NCBI GenBank assembly: GCA_951406725.2
Contig: OX597816.1
Span: 124,682,001 to 124,746,000 of the forward strand
From: Octopus vulgaris
Lineage: Eukaryota
Direction of reading: 5' to 3'
Length of the DNA: 64,000 nucleotides
Positions 38,621 to 48,800 of the stretch are shown here, in pieces. The notes below the pieces were generated by a model. It had not been told where the DNA came from. It saw nothing but the letters and a program-made list of their open reading frames with translations, and did no database searches. The position numbers and the translations under genes are program-made. Position 1 is the stretch's first letter. Every line of letters starts with the position of its first letter.

Positions 38621-41135
38621 CCGCTTCCCGGCGGAAGTGCGGGAAGCGATGGCAGAATGCTCGAGGGACAAATCACCGGGTTTGGATGGTCTACCCTACG
38701 AGCTTTACAATTGTATGCCAGACTTGTTTGGAGATCTCTTGGCGGCGGTGTACTGCAACTGGCAGCAAAACGGGAGCATTCCTGGTTTTGTGAGCCGAGG
38801 AGCCGTAACACTGCTGAAGAAAGATCTAAACAAGGGAAATGTAATAGATAACTTTAGGCCCATCACTCTGCTTAATGCAGACTTGAAAATTTTGGCCAAG
38901 GTGTTAGCCAAGAGGTTGGCGCTTGTCATCGAGAAATTGGTCGACAAGGCGCAAACATGCGCCGTGCCAGGCCGGACCATCCATGACAACCTCCATCTGA
39001 TGCGCTACATCATAGACAGGGTAGTTAACGAACCTGGCATGGGTGGGGCCCTGATCAACTTGGATCAATCGAAAGCCTTTGATAGGGTAGACCATCGATA
39101 CTTGGAGGCAGTCCTGAGAGCGGCTGGTTTCGGTCCCGTCTTCCGCGGCTGGATAGCTGCCTTGTACAGAGGCATCCGTTCGGTAATTCGCGTAAATGGA
39201 CATCTATCGAGACCTTTCGACATTGCACGTTCGGTCCGTCAGGGATGCCCCCTCTCGGCGCTTCTATACGTATTGACTCTTGAGCCACTACTGCGGAAGC
39301 TGGCGACTCTAAGGGGCATCCCGCGAGAATCGGGATGCGGGACGAGCGTGTCTGCATACGCGGACGACGTCACCGTCATAGTGTCTAGCCACGAGCACAT
39401 CGAGCTGGTCGGCGAGACACTGAAAAACTACGAAGCGGTGACAGGAGCGAAAATCAACCGGGAAAAGTCAGTGGGCTTGCGACTAGGCACCTGGAGAAGC
39501 AAGCCCATGCCGTCCACCAGCGCCTCCGTCGTGGGACGCTGGACCGACGGCCCGGTTGAGTTGCTCGGGGTCTGGTTTGGTCCGGACCTCCAAGTGGAGA
39601 AGAACTGGAACGAGATAACGAGTAGGGTGGTCACTCTCGCCCGGCAATGGGCCGAGAGGAAACTGTCCCTAAAAGGTCGAGCGGAGGTGGCGAACACGTA
39701 CATCGCGTCCGTCATCTACTACCGCCTGACCGTCGTACCTTGTCCCGACCCTACCATCACCAAACTACAACGCATCCTCTTTCGCTTCTTGTGGAAAGGA
39801 TGCGTCCCGATGGTCAGGCGATCCATTTGCTGTCAACACCCGTTAAAAGGAGGGCTGGGCATGCCGTGGTTGATGATGCGCAGACACGCGCTGAGACTGC
39901 GACATCTCTGGCTCTATGTAGACGACGGTGAACAGGTGTGGTCGCCGTTTGTGAGGCACGCATTCCCGCAACTCGTCTCCATGACCGAACTACAGTCGTG
40001 GATCAAAAAGAGGCCGAAGAAGGGCGAATGGCACCGCGAGTGTCGCGTTGCTCTCAAGCAACTCTGCCGTCCCGGGTCGACCTTGAGTGACTTCAACACA
40101 ACCAAAGCATTCTATAGGGGATTAGTGGAGGGGAGGTACGACGACGAGCTCGGGGCAAACCTGGGCGTCGACGAGGAATACCTGACCCGCCTGTTTCAAA
40201 CGACTTTCGGCCCGGGACCTATGGACAACTTCCAGAGATCCCTGGCCTGGCGGTGCTACCGAGAAGCGCTACCCGTTCGGGATAAGCTCTATAGGCATGG
40301 CTCGAGAAACACGGGGCCGACCTGCCCGAGATGCGGGCAGAGCGACGAAACCGCTCTGCACGCAACCGTGCAGTGTCCAGCAATTTCCCACCTGTGGGCT
40401 TATGTCGAACGACTGCTGTCACGTGTGGGACGTGTCGGTTTATCCGCCGAGTCTATCGTTAATATCGTCACGCCTCCTTCCTTCAAACGGGAAGGAAGAG
40501 CTATTTTTATCATACTTGTGGCTATGGCGAAAGAATGTATCTGGTGGACGCGTCTGAAAGGATTAGAGACAAACACTTTCCTCTCTGGTCAATCTCTCAT
40601 CAACTTCTTCAAGTATCACTTGAAGAAAAAAGTGAGAGTAGAGAGGCAAGTTTTGTCTAGTGAATGTTTTAAAAAATGATGGGTGAATGTAGCAAGGATG
40701 GCACGTATGAATGACGAAGCCACCTTGACTATGATTCTATGAAACGTAAAAATTAATACAGAGAGTTGCTTATTTGCAAAAAAAAAAAAAAGAAATATAA
40801 CATGTGACTTCATTGACCGAGGTTACCGTGGTCTTTTCCGTAGGCTTTTCTTTCCACGGGTAAACCTCACCCTTTACACTTCATATTGACATTTCTGTGA
40901 TAACGATCCCTATTGATCAATTTTTTCCCCCCCCTTTTTTTTTTTAACCCCCCTTTTTTTGTCCTCTTTCTCTCCTTTTACGATCCCTTTTGATCGACCC
41001 CCCCTTTTTTATTTTATTTTATTTTTTATTTTATTATTATTATTATTTTTTTTATTCTTTTAAACCTTCAAAAGAAAAGCTCTACCTTGTAATTTGTTCT
41101 ATCTGTGTGCAGCCCTGTGTGGCTAATAAAGACAT
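38621..41135 (+). mobile_element. 5'-truncated Tx1/L1-clade non-LTR retrotransposon
   Basis: GC-rich RT ORF, 3' UTR with poly-pyrimidine runs, AATAAA at 41125-41130, embedded in (TATC)n. Confidence 0.92.
38637..40679 (+). CDS. LINE ORF2 fragment: reverse transcriptase + C-terminal CCHC (endonuclease missing because of the 5' truncation)
   Basis: SPGLDG, NFRPITLLNADLKILAK, LDQSKAFDRVDH, VRQGCPLS, AYADD, GGLG, CPRC..ETALH..C. 680 codons uninterrupted. Confidence 0.9.
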   Translation: MREAMAECSRDKSPGLDGLPYELYNCMPDLFGDLLAAVYCNWQQNGSIPGFVSRGAVTLLKKDLNKGNVIDNFRPITLLNADLKILAKVLAKRLALVIEKLVDKAQTCAVPGRTIHDNLHLMRYIIDRVVNEPGMGGALINLDQSKAFDRVDHRYLEAVLRAAGFGPVFRGWIAALYRGIRSVIRVNGHLSRPFDIARSVRQGCPLSALLYVLTLEPLLRKLATLRGIPRESGCGTSVSAYADDVTVIVSSHEHIELVGETLKNYEAVTGAKINREKSVGLRLGTWRSKPMPSTSASVVGRWTDGPVELLGVWFGPDLQVEKNWNEITSRVVTLARQWAERKLSLKGRAEVANTYIASVIYYRLTVVPCPDPTITKLQRILFRFLWKGCVPMVRRSICCQHPLKGGLGMPWLMMRRHALRLRHLWLYVDDGEQVWSPFVRHAFPQLVSMTELQSWIKKRPKKGEWHRECRVALKQLCRPGSTLSDFNTTKAFYRGLVEGRYDDELGANLGVDEEYLTRLFQTTFGPGPMDNFQRSLAWRCYREALPVRDKLYRHGSRNTGPTCPRCGQSDETALHATVQCPAISHLWAYVERLLSRVGRVGLSAESIVNIVTPPSFKREGRAIFIILVAMAKECIWWTRLKGLETNTFLSGQSLINFFKYHLKKKVRVERQVLSSECFKK

Positions 41136-41205
41136 ACATATCTATCTATCTATCTATCTATCTATCTGTCTATCTATCTATCTATATATATATATATATA
41201 TATAT

Positions 41206-42132
41206 AAATATTACATTTTATAAAGGGCTTAGTAAAATAAATTACTTTGCCACATACTGAACTCATTAGAAATAGCAGCCAAAAAAAATTTTTTAGCCAT
41301 TTCTAATACTTAAAGAAAATTTCTCTCAGATAGTGTTTGAGTAAACACTATCTGAGAGAAATTTTCTTTAAGTATTAGAAATGGCTAAAAAAATTTTTTT
41401 GGCTGCTATTTCTAATGAGTTCAGTATGTGGCAAAGTAATTTATTTTACTAAGCCCTTTATAAAATGTAATATTTTGAATTCGCCTTAAATGGTCCCTTT
41501 ACATACTGAATACTTGGTGAAATTGATTAATAATTAATTAATTTTACCCTCAATTGTTGAAATTATAATTCATTTCTCTCTGTTTAATGCTTCGGTTTTC
41601 ACAGATAAAATTATGGTGTTTGCTAGGTTAGCCCACGTGGGTGGAAAGGGGAGAGCAGAAATTCTTCGCTTGCATATTTTGAATTTGTTGACAATGTTAG
41701 TTTGAACGGATCTTCGGAGGTGAAAAGTCGCCAAAAGGGTATGCTCCTACTTTCAGTGTTTACAAATCCGAATTAAGGAATTTTAAGCTGACGAAAGAAA
41801 TGTCGAATTGTATTTGGCTGATCTAGAAACGTACGTTCTCAAATAATCTTTGCACTTGTGATTTTTTAATGTTTTTACCCCCATACCTTCGTGGGCTATT
41901 TTGAGTAAACACTATCTGAGAGAAATTTTCTTTAAGTATTAGAAATGGCTAAAAAAATTTTTTGGGGCTGCTATTTCTAATGAGTTCAGTATGTGGCAAA
42001 GCAATTTATTTTACTAAGCCCTTTATAAAATGTAATATTTTGAATTCGCCTTAAATGGTCCCTTTACATACTGAATACTTGGTGAAATTGATTAATAATT
42101 AATTAATTTTACCCTCAATTGTTGAAATTATA
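41206..42132 (+). mobile_element. Non-coding HHR-bearing element: 564-bp unit in ~1.4 tandem copies plus an inverted 133-bp 5' arm
   Basis: Inverted repeat 41206-41338/41343-41475. Direct repeat about 41336-41567/41900-42132. (TA)n on both sides. HHR at 41782-41843. Confidence 0.85.
41782..41843 (+). ncRNA. Type I hammerhead ribozyme
   Basis: tttaag-CTGACGA-a-[aga..gtcga attgtat ttggc..tct]-a-GAAAC-gtac-GTT-ctcaaa. Palindromic ACGTACGT helix III. Helix I has 5 of 6 positions paired. Confidence 0.75.
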
Positions 42133-42196
42133 TATATATATATATATATGCATACATACACTCAGCAACACGGACACACAGATAGATAAATATATG

Positions 42197-42244
<48 letters not shown>

Positions 42245-42252
42245 TGTCATGT

Positions 42253-42670
42253 TTAACTTGTTTCACTCATTGGACTCCGGCCATACTGAGACATCTTCAA
42301 GAATTTTAGTCGAATGTATGCGCGGTACTTGTTTAAGTGGATCTTATGCCGAGCCGCTATATTATGGTAACATAAACAATTCAACCTCGGTTGTGAAGCG
42401 GTGGAGGGGGTAAAACACAGATATAATGATATACACACAAATACATACATACAAACACACACACTCACACTCATACACACATACACATGCGCACATATAC
42501 ATGTACTCGCGACGGGATTCTTTCAGTTTCCGTCAACCAAGTCCACTCACATGGATTTAGTTGATCCGAGACTATAGGAGACATATAGAGCCCATGGTGC
42601 CAATAAGTGGAGCTGTATCTAAAACTATGTGGTTTCGGAAACAACTTCTTACCACACAGATCTGCTTGCA
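42253..42670 (-). mobile_element. SINE, same family as 16558
   Basis: acttgtttcactcattggactccggccatactgag.. and ttctttcagtttccgtcaaccaagtccactcac are reverse complements of family segments. Confidence 0.8.
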
Positions 42671-43019
42671 TCTAATATAAATACATGTGTGTGTGTGTGC
42701 ATAAAATAAGTATATAATTTAGTAACAAATAGGTATATGTGTACCGCTTTGTTATTCATTTATATTTTATTCACCTATCCTGGAATTTTCGCTTCATAAA
42801 TATTATAGACTTTTTAAATATAAAGTACATGTCTGAATAGCTAAGAGCCGAATACTTCACTCAGCTGGATCTTGTTATTTGCATACGCTGCATGTGACTC
42901 TCATGTGACCGGCACTTATGCACCAAGTCTGATTTTCACTTAATATTGTTCAGCATGGAAGTTACTCAGACCTAAGAAGGTGTCTCAATTTAAGTACCTG
43001 ATTCAACATGAATCATAGT

Positions 43020-43078
<59 letters not shown>

Positions 43079-43349
43079 ATTACTTAATATAGTTTTTGAA
43101 GTGTAGAGGGGATATTTAAAATAATTTTTTTTCTTAAATGTTAGGAAATATTTCTAGCCTTTTTGGAAAGAAGTTTTTTCTAGTGTGTGATCGATTTCGT
43201 TTAACCTTTTCAAACACGTGGTAAGGCACGTTTGCGACACCCCATGGTCGTAACCTCAACCGTGTTTTTTCTGTTGTGATTTTTGCTACCCAGGTATCGG
43301 TTAAATTTTGAATAATCCGTAACAAGATAATTCATTTATCCATTTCAAT

Positions 43350-43380
<31 letters not shown>

Positions 43381-43383
<3 letters not shown>

Positions 43384-43588
43384 ATGTTGGTTCGTTAGTT
43401 ACTGCACGCATTTTTTTTCTCTCCTTCTTTCTGTGATTTTTTCTCTCTGTGTATCTTTCTGTTGAAGAGCGTAGGCTCGAAACGTTAAAGACTTGTTTTA
43501 TTTATATTTCCTGAGCGCCATACTAATACAATTGTTTGTTTGTTTTCCACCTGCCTTCGTCTTTTGTCTATTTTCATAAAGCTTCCCG

Positions 43589-43590
<2 letters not shown>
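43381..43590 (+). mobile_element. ~210-bp HHR-bearing mini-element in (TA)n
   Basis: (TA)n on both sides. HHR at 43453-43492. Related inverted copy at 59318-59470. Confidence 0.8.
43453..43492 (+). ncRNA. Minimal hammerhead ribozyme with atypical core (CUGUUGA)
   Basis: atcttt-CTGTTGA-a-GAGC-gtag-GCTC-GAAAC-GTT-aaagac. 5-bp helix I, 4-bp helix II, AACGTT palindrome. Confidence 0.75.
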
Positions 43591-43668
<78 letters not shown>

Positions 43669-43908
43669 TTAACAATTGAGGATAAAATCTTTAAAAGAAA
43701 TTATCAGTAGTCAGCGTGAAAAACCTCGTAAGAGAAAAAATCCGTAAATTCTTCCTCTTTGAAAATATTAATTTATATTATATTGAGGGTACTACTATTC
43801 GCAGATACCAACACGCTAAGAGGGACCAATGCGGTCAAAACTACTAAAAATAAACAAAATTTTACCGAATGCAAAACTTCAAAACACATCATTTTAAAAA
43901 AGAATTCA

Positions 43909-43972
43909 GTTACATATCATATGTGATTTCGCATTTAATGCAGAATATGCATTTCATGTTCATCAGTGCAAC
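43909..43972 (-). ncRNA. Type I hammerhead ribozyme (arm 1 copy)
   Basis: gttgca-CTGATGA-acat..atgc-GAAA-tcacatatga-TA-tgtaac. Confidence 0.8.
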
Positions 43973-44679
43973 AAACTCAAGAAATATAAGAGAAAAACAT
44001 AACATTACAAGCTCGATAGCCAACCGTAGAATTCGTCGTAGCATGTACGAATGTTTATCTTTACATATCTATGAAAATGGCGGGCTTATTCGCAATGCAT
44101 TTCGGTACCAAATTGTCTAGTCGGAATAAAAATTCAGTATTGAACTATTCCGGTGAAAAATATAAATTAACAATTGAGGATAAAATCTTTAAAGGAAATT
44201 ATCAGTAGTCAGCGTGAAAAACCTCGTAAGAGAAAAAATCCGTAAATTCTTCCTCTTTAAAATGATGTGTTTTGAAGTTTTGCATTCGGTAAAATTTTGT
44301 TTATTTTTAGTAGTTTTGACCGCATTGGTCCCTCTTAGCGTGATGGTATCTACGAATAGTAGTACCCTCAATATAATATAAATGAATATTTTCAAAGAGG
44401 AAGAATTTACGGATTTTTTCTCTTACGAGGTTTTTCACGCTGACTACTGATAATTTCTTTTAAAGATTTTATCCTCAATTGTTAATTTATATTTTTCACC
44501 GGAATAGTTCAATACTGAATTTTTATTCCGACTAGACAATTTGTTACCGAAATGCATTGCGAATAAGCCCGCCATTTTCATAGATATGTAAAGATAAACA
44601 TTCGTACATGCTACGACGAATTCTACGGTTGGCTATCGAGCTTGTAATGTTATGTTTTTCTCTTATATTTCTTGAGTTT

Positions 44680-44743
44680 GTTGCACTGATGAACATGAAA
44701 TGCATATTCTGCATTAAATGCGAAATCACATGTGATATGTAAC
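44680..44743 (+). ncRNA. Type I hammerhead ribozyme (arm 2 copy)
   Basis: gttgca-CTGATGA-a-cat gaa atgca tattc tgcat taa atg-c-GAAA-tcacatgtga-TA-tgtaac. 6-bp helix I, 12-nt palindrome ATCACATGTGAT as helix III, predicted cleavage after AUA (44737). Confidence 0.85.
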
Positions 44744-44924
44744 TGAATTCTTTTTTTAAAATGATGTGTTTTGAAGTTTTGCATTCGGTAAAATTTTGTT
44801 TATTTTTAGTAGTTTTGACCGCATTGGTCCCTCTTAGCGTGTTGGTATCTACGAATAGTAGTACCCTCAACATAATATAAATATATATATATATATATGT
44901 ATGTATGTATATGTATGTATACAC

Positions 44925-45340
44925 TCACGTGGCGATTAAACTGGCAGCCCCACCGAGTTTGCTTGTTGAGGAGTGTGTTTGTTGGACAACCTACGGCACA
45001 AAAAACAAAACACGTCAAAGGGCGGAGGAACTAAGGAGTAGTCAACGGCCATACAACAAAATGTATATGCATATGTATAAATTGCATTATATATCTTATT
45101 TATATTCTTAAATGTCATATTTTTCTCTTTTGAATGGGGAACATTAGCCTCCTTATCCATGGTGAGTACAACCCATGTAGGACAAGGAAAACTATGATAT
45201 AAAACCAAGTTGGTGGTCGCTGATGGTCCCCTTAGTTGATGTGCCCTATCAGCAACTAATTACTCATAGGCAAGTCTGTCCTCCGCAGCTTTTGAACAAA
45301 TAGATCTGGAGAAGTCCACTCTGATCTCAAATCTGCGATA
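44925..45340 (+). mobile_element. Possible decayed RTE-type 5' UTR / SINE remnant
   Basis: Two ggacaaggaaaactatga..aaacc / ggagaagtccactctga..aaatc motifs of the kind found in RTE-related 5' regions. Confidence 0.3.
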
Positions 45341-46037
45341 AATTTATCATCTGAAACGTGGCACACTTTTCACCGGTACATGTAAATGCGTTTTGATGGA
45401 GAGAGTGTGATTTGTGCTGCGCAAGCAATGACCACTAAAACCATGTGCAGGTAGTTCAGTAAAATACTATGTTCATGGGTTAACCATCACCTGGTAAGTG
45501 AAGCGAGAAGTTTTAATTAAACTATTTGGTTTAATTTTATATGGATGATCTCATATTCTGAGTGTTATTATCGTGCTTTTCATCTCTGTGTCTTTCCTAT
45601 GCATCTTACGTAGAGGGTTGCACACGATTCTTCCAAAAAGCTTATACAGTAAACTATAGAATACAATAATTCTTATATTCCAATTAATAGCTAGTTTATG
45701 GTAGACATGATGCAAATATTACTGCACGTGTACTTATTCAAACTAAGTTCAACTGGTGACTGAAGTATTGCATGCACTTCTTTTCGTTACTTTGATACAA
45801 AAATTAATTCCTGTGAGATTTTTTTCTGAAATGTATTTGTTATTTCATTATTGCGCTTACATTATATCAGCACCAGTTTGTGCTAGATTTTTTTACCATA
45901 TTCTCCAACGACTACATTCCTAAGTCTTTCTTATCTAATATTTGAATCATGCTTTAAGAGGTTTTTACAACGCGATACTTATATGTATTAATATGTCTGT
46001 GAGTCTGTGTGAACGTGTGTGTGCACATATACACATG

Positions 46038-48800
46038 TGTTGTCTAAACATCGCAGTTTGAGTACTGAAACAAATACATATAGAACACATCCTTACTGAA
46101 GAAGCGAGTATTTTCCGAAACCTCGAACTGTCCAGGAAGTTTGCTGTAAATTAAAAGTACGCCTATTTCCAATGTATATGATATGGCGAGAATCATGACA
46201 CCCCTTGTGAGAATGGCTAACCGCACGCGTATAAGCAGCAGCGTGCTTGACTGAGAGGGAGAGATGAAAAATCGCAGGAAGTAGAAATGTGTCGTTCGTG
46301 AGTTGGTGGAGTTGCAGGAAATTGTAGAGAAGTGTTTATAGTTCATTTGTTACAGTTGTTGGCAGAGTAATTGGGAATACATCGTGTAGGAACAGTTGGT
46401 ATCTACTCCGTTAGGTGGTACTATGTATCACACTATATTAGTGCACGCCACTATCGTGACATATACAGAAAGCACGTTATAAAAGTGGGAACGAGTTGAT
46501 TCGAATTTTACGTTGATCATTAACATTTTTTTATGATACAAAAAATTCGTTAATTATGGAAGGTGGCATATCACAGTTGCAAAAGCAATAGCAACAGCAG
46601 AAAAAGGAGTTGTACCAACAGCTACAATATCAACAACTAAACCACAATCAGTTGCTGGATCGGGAAACACTGCAAGTTCGTTTTCACCAGGCAGCAGCAG
46701 AAAAAATATCAAAGAATTATCAACTTGCGACTGGACGTAACGAAAATTGAAGAAAAACATTATCTCAAATACAAACATGTCAACCGGGAATAAATAGGGA
46801 AAAAGTATGTTACCACCAAATCCATGATATGGGTGTAAAGGTCTGCATTTTAAGGAATTCTGTCCATCTATAAAACTCGGAATATTTTTTAGTTGTCAAA
46901 AAATAAGACGTAAGAACTTACATTGCAGCGCGAAGCAAAAAGGTCGAAAGAAAATTCTAAAGAGGTTTGAGCAACGGAAAGTCGAGACAACACTCGAAAA
47001 AGAATGTTGTGTACGCGAACGTGAAACTACAACTAGACACACGCAACGACATTACAATTATTGATATCGACATGCGGAAGAAAATTGGGAAACCTACATT
47101 AAAAAAACAAAGAAAAGTGCGTGAGGCGTCACATGTGAAATATTACACTTCTTAGGCGAAATGGTAAGCGACATTACATTTCCTAATAAAACATGTAAAA
47201 GCAAAAGTGTTTGTGTTAAAAAATGCTGAACCATTGGCAGATACGGGGATAGCTTCATTACAAGGGGAAAATGCAATAAAAACATTTTGTGTAACATCAT
47301 TCAGGAACTGCCAGTAACTGTTGGGGAATGACAAATTCATTGCAAAGACGAAAGACACGCTGAAAGTAAAATAAAATGAAAATATCCGTAACACAAAACG
47401 AACCATTTTCTCTCTGTGATAATGTGTTGATGTACTCATAGAGTTGTAGTGCTAGACGTACTACAAAAGCGTGCATCAAGTGAATTTCATATGGAACACC
47501 CAGGAATTTTAAGAATGAAATCAGTAATGAGGAATTACGTGTATTGGCCTACTATGGACCGTCATATTGAACAATTGATGAAATCCTGCAGCGTTTGTGC
47601 TCTCGCAGCAAAGTCACCAGCGTTGAGATTCCAGTTGCCGCCAAAGACAAGCAGTCCATGGTCCAGGCTACATAGAGAATTTGCTGGTCCGGTAAATCTC
47701 ACGTATTATCTTATCATAGTAGACAGCTATACCAAGTGGCCGGAGATGTGTAAATGCAGTCAACAATAAGGTAACAATAAAGTTCCTTCATGAACTTTTT
47801 GCGCGATATGGTGTCCCAGGCACCAAAGTATCGGGTAATGTAACCCGGTTTTCGGGGTACGAAGTTAAAAATTTCCTTGTGAGGTACGCAATCAATCATA
47901 TCTCTACTTTACCTTAACACCTGAGATCAAAATGGACAAGCAGAAAGGTTCGTAGACACATTTAAACGAAGACTAGAAAGATCAGGAAATGAATTAAGCA
48001 CCCATGTAGCACTAACTCAGTTCTTAAGGGTCTACAGGGTAACACCCAACCCGAACACCTGTTTTGGCAAGTCACCCGCAGAGCTAACGTTCGCCTGGAA
48101 AAACTCATGAAACACAACAAAGTATTTTAATGTGGAAGATAAAGCTCATTTCAAAGTATATAGGAATTGAAGATAAGTTTGGGAGGGCGGCATAGTGACG
48201 AAAGGAATAGGCAGTATGATGTGCATAATTAAAAAATGTCAAATAGGATAGCACAAATGACATTTGAATCACTTGAAAACTAGACGTACCGAAGAAAGAA
48301 GAAATCCCGATGGAAGTTTGTTATGATTTGTTAGATGCTCCAACACCAAAAAAGGTTGAACCTAGGCGGATCAATAACAGAAAACAAACAGAATGACTAG
48401 AAATAGTCCTTAAGCGAAAGAAGAATTAAAACTTCTGAGGAAATTAAAATCTCAAAAAAAGTGAAAGGTGATGATGAAAAAGAAAATAGAATAAAACTAA
48501 ATAAACCAGTTGCACTTACTAAAGATTTCGGAGAAATCACCGAAAGTCGAAAGGTGTCGTTCGTGAGTTCGTGGAGTCGCAGGACATTGTTGAGAAGTTG
48601 TTATAGTTCGTTGAGAGTTGGTTTGGATTGGTTACAGTTGTTGGCAGAGTATTTGGGAATACATCAAGTGGAGAGAGTTTGTGTCTACCTTGTTACACAG
48701 TACTATATATCACACTGTATTAGAGCATGACGCTAAGATGACGCATGCAGAATCTACGTTATAAAAGTATACACTAAAGTAGTCAAATAATCAAAATTCA
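46038..48800 (+). mobile_element. Internally deleted, decayed Gypsy/Ty3 LTR retrotransposon
   Basis: Diverged LTRs (46288-46485 similar to 48554-48768). Gag knuckle CKGLHFKEFCP, protease LQLDTRNDITII, integrase, and a purine tract before 48469. No RT/RNase H seen. Confidence 0.85.
47449..48100 (+). pseudogene. Gypsy integrase pseudogene
   Basis: HMEHPGILRMKSVMRNYVYWP..CSVC (HHCC), PWSRLHREFAGP, IIVDSYTKWPE, then frameshifted GQAERFVDTFKR. Confidence 0.85.

Larger units (their letters stand above)
43665..44882. mobile_element. Head-to-head pair of circularly permuted ~498-bp HHR units (retrozyme/PLE-like)
   Basis: Arm 1 spans 43665-44258 (period 498) and arm 2 spans 44256-44882 (inverted, period about 499). 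Near-identical, with (TA)n on both sides. Confidence 0.9.

Noticed and set aside
40677-40679. In-frame TGA as selenocysteine or programmed readthrough
   Set aside because: The position corresponds to a basic residue before the conserved W and no SECIS was recognised. A simple nonsense mutation is more parsimonious.
38637-40679. Bacterial contamination, retron or group II intron RT suggested by high GC
   Set aside because: The motifs, C-terminal CCHC, 3' UTR and AATAAA are those of a eukaryotic L1/Tx1 LINE.
41404-41460. CTAATGAG as a second hammerhead core in the 564-bp element
   Set aside because: No correctly placed GAAA or supporting helices downstream.
43869-44924. Duplicated 83-126 aa ORFs in the inverted arms as a protein gene
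   Set aside because: They lie antisense to the ribozyme, partly start in microsatellite and show no domain similarity. The duplication merely reflects the repeat.
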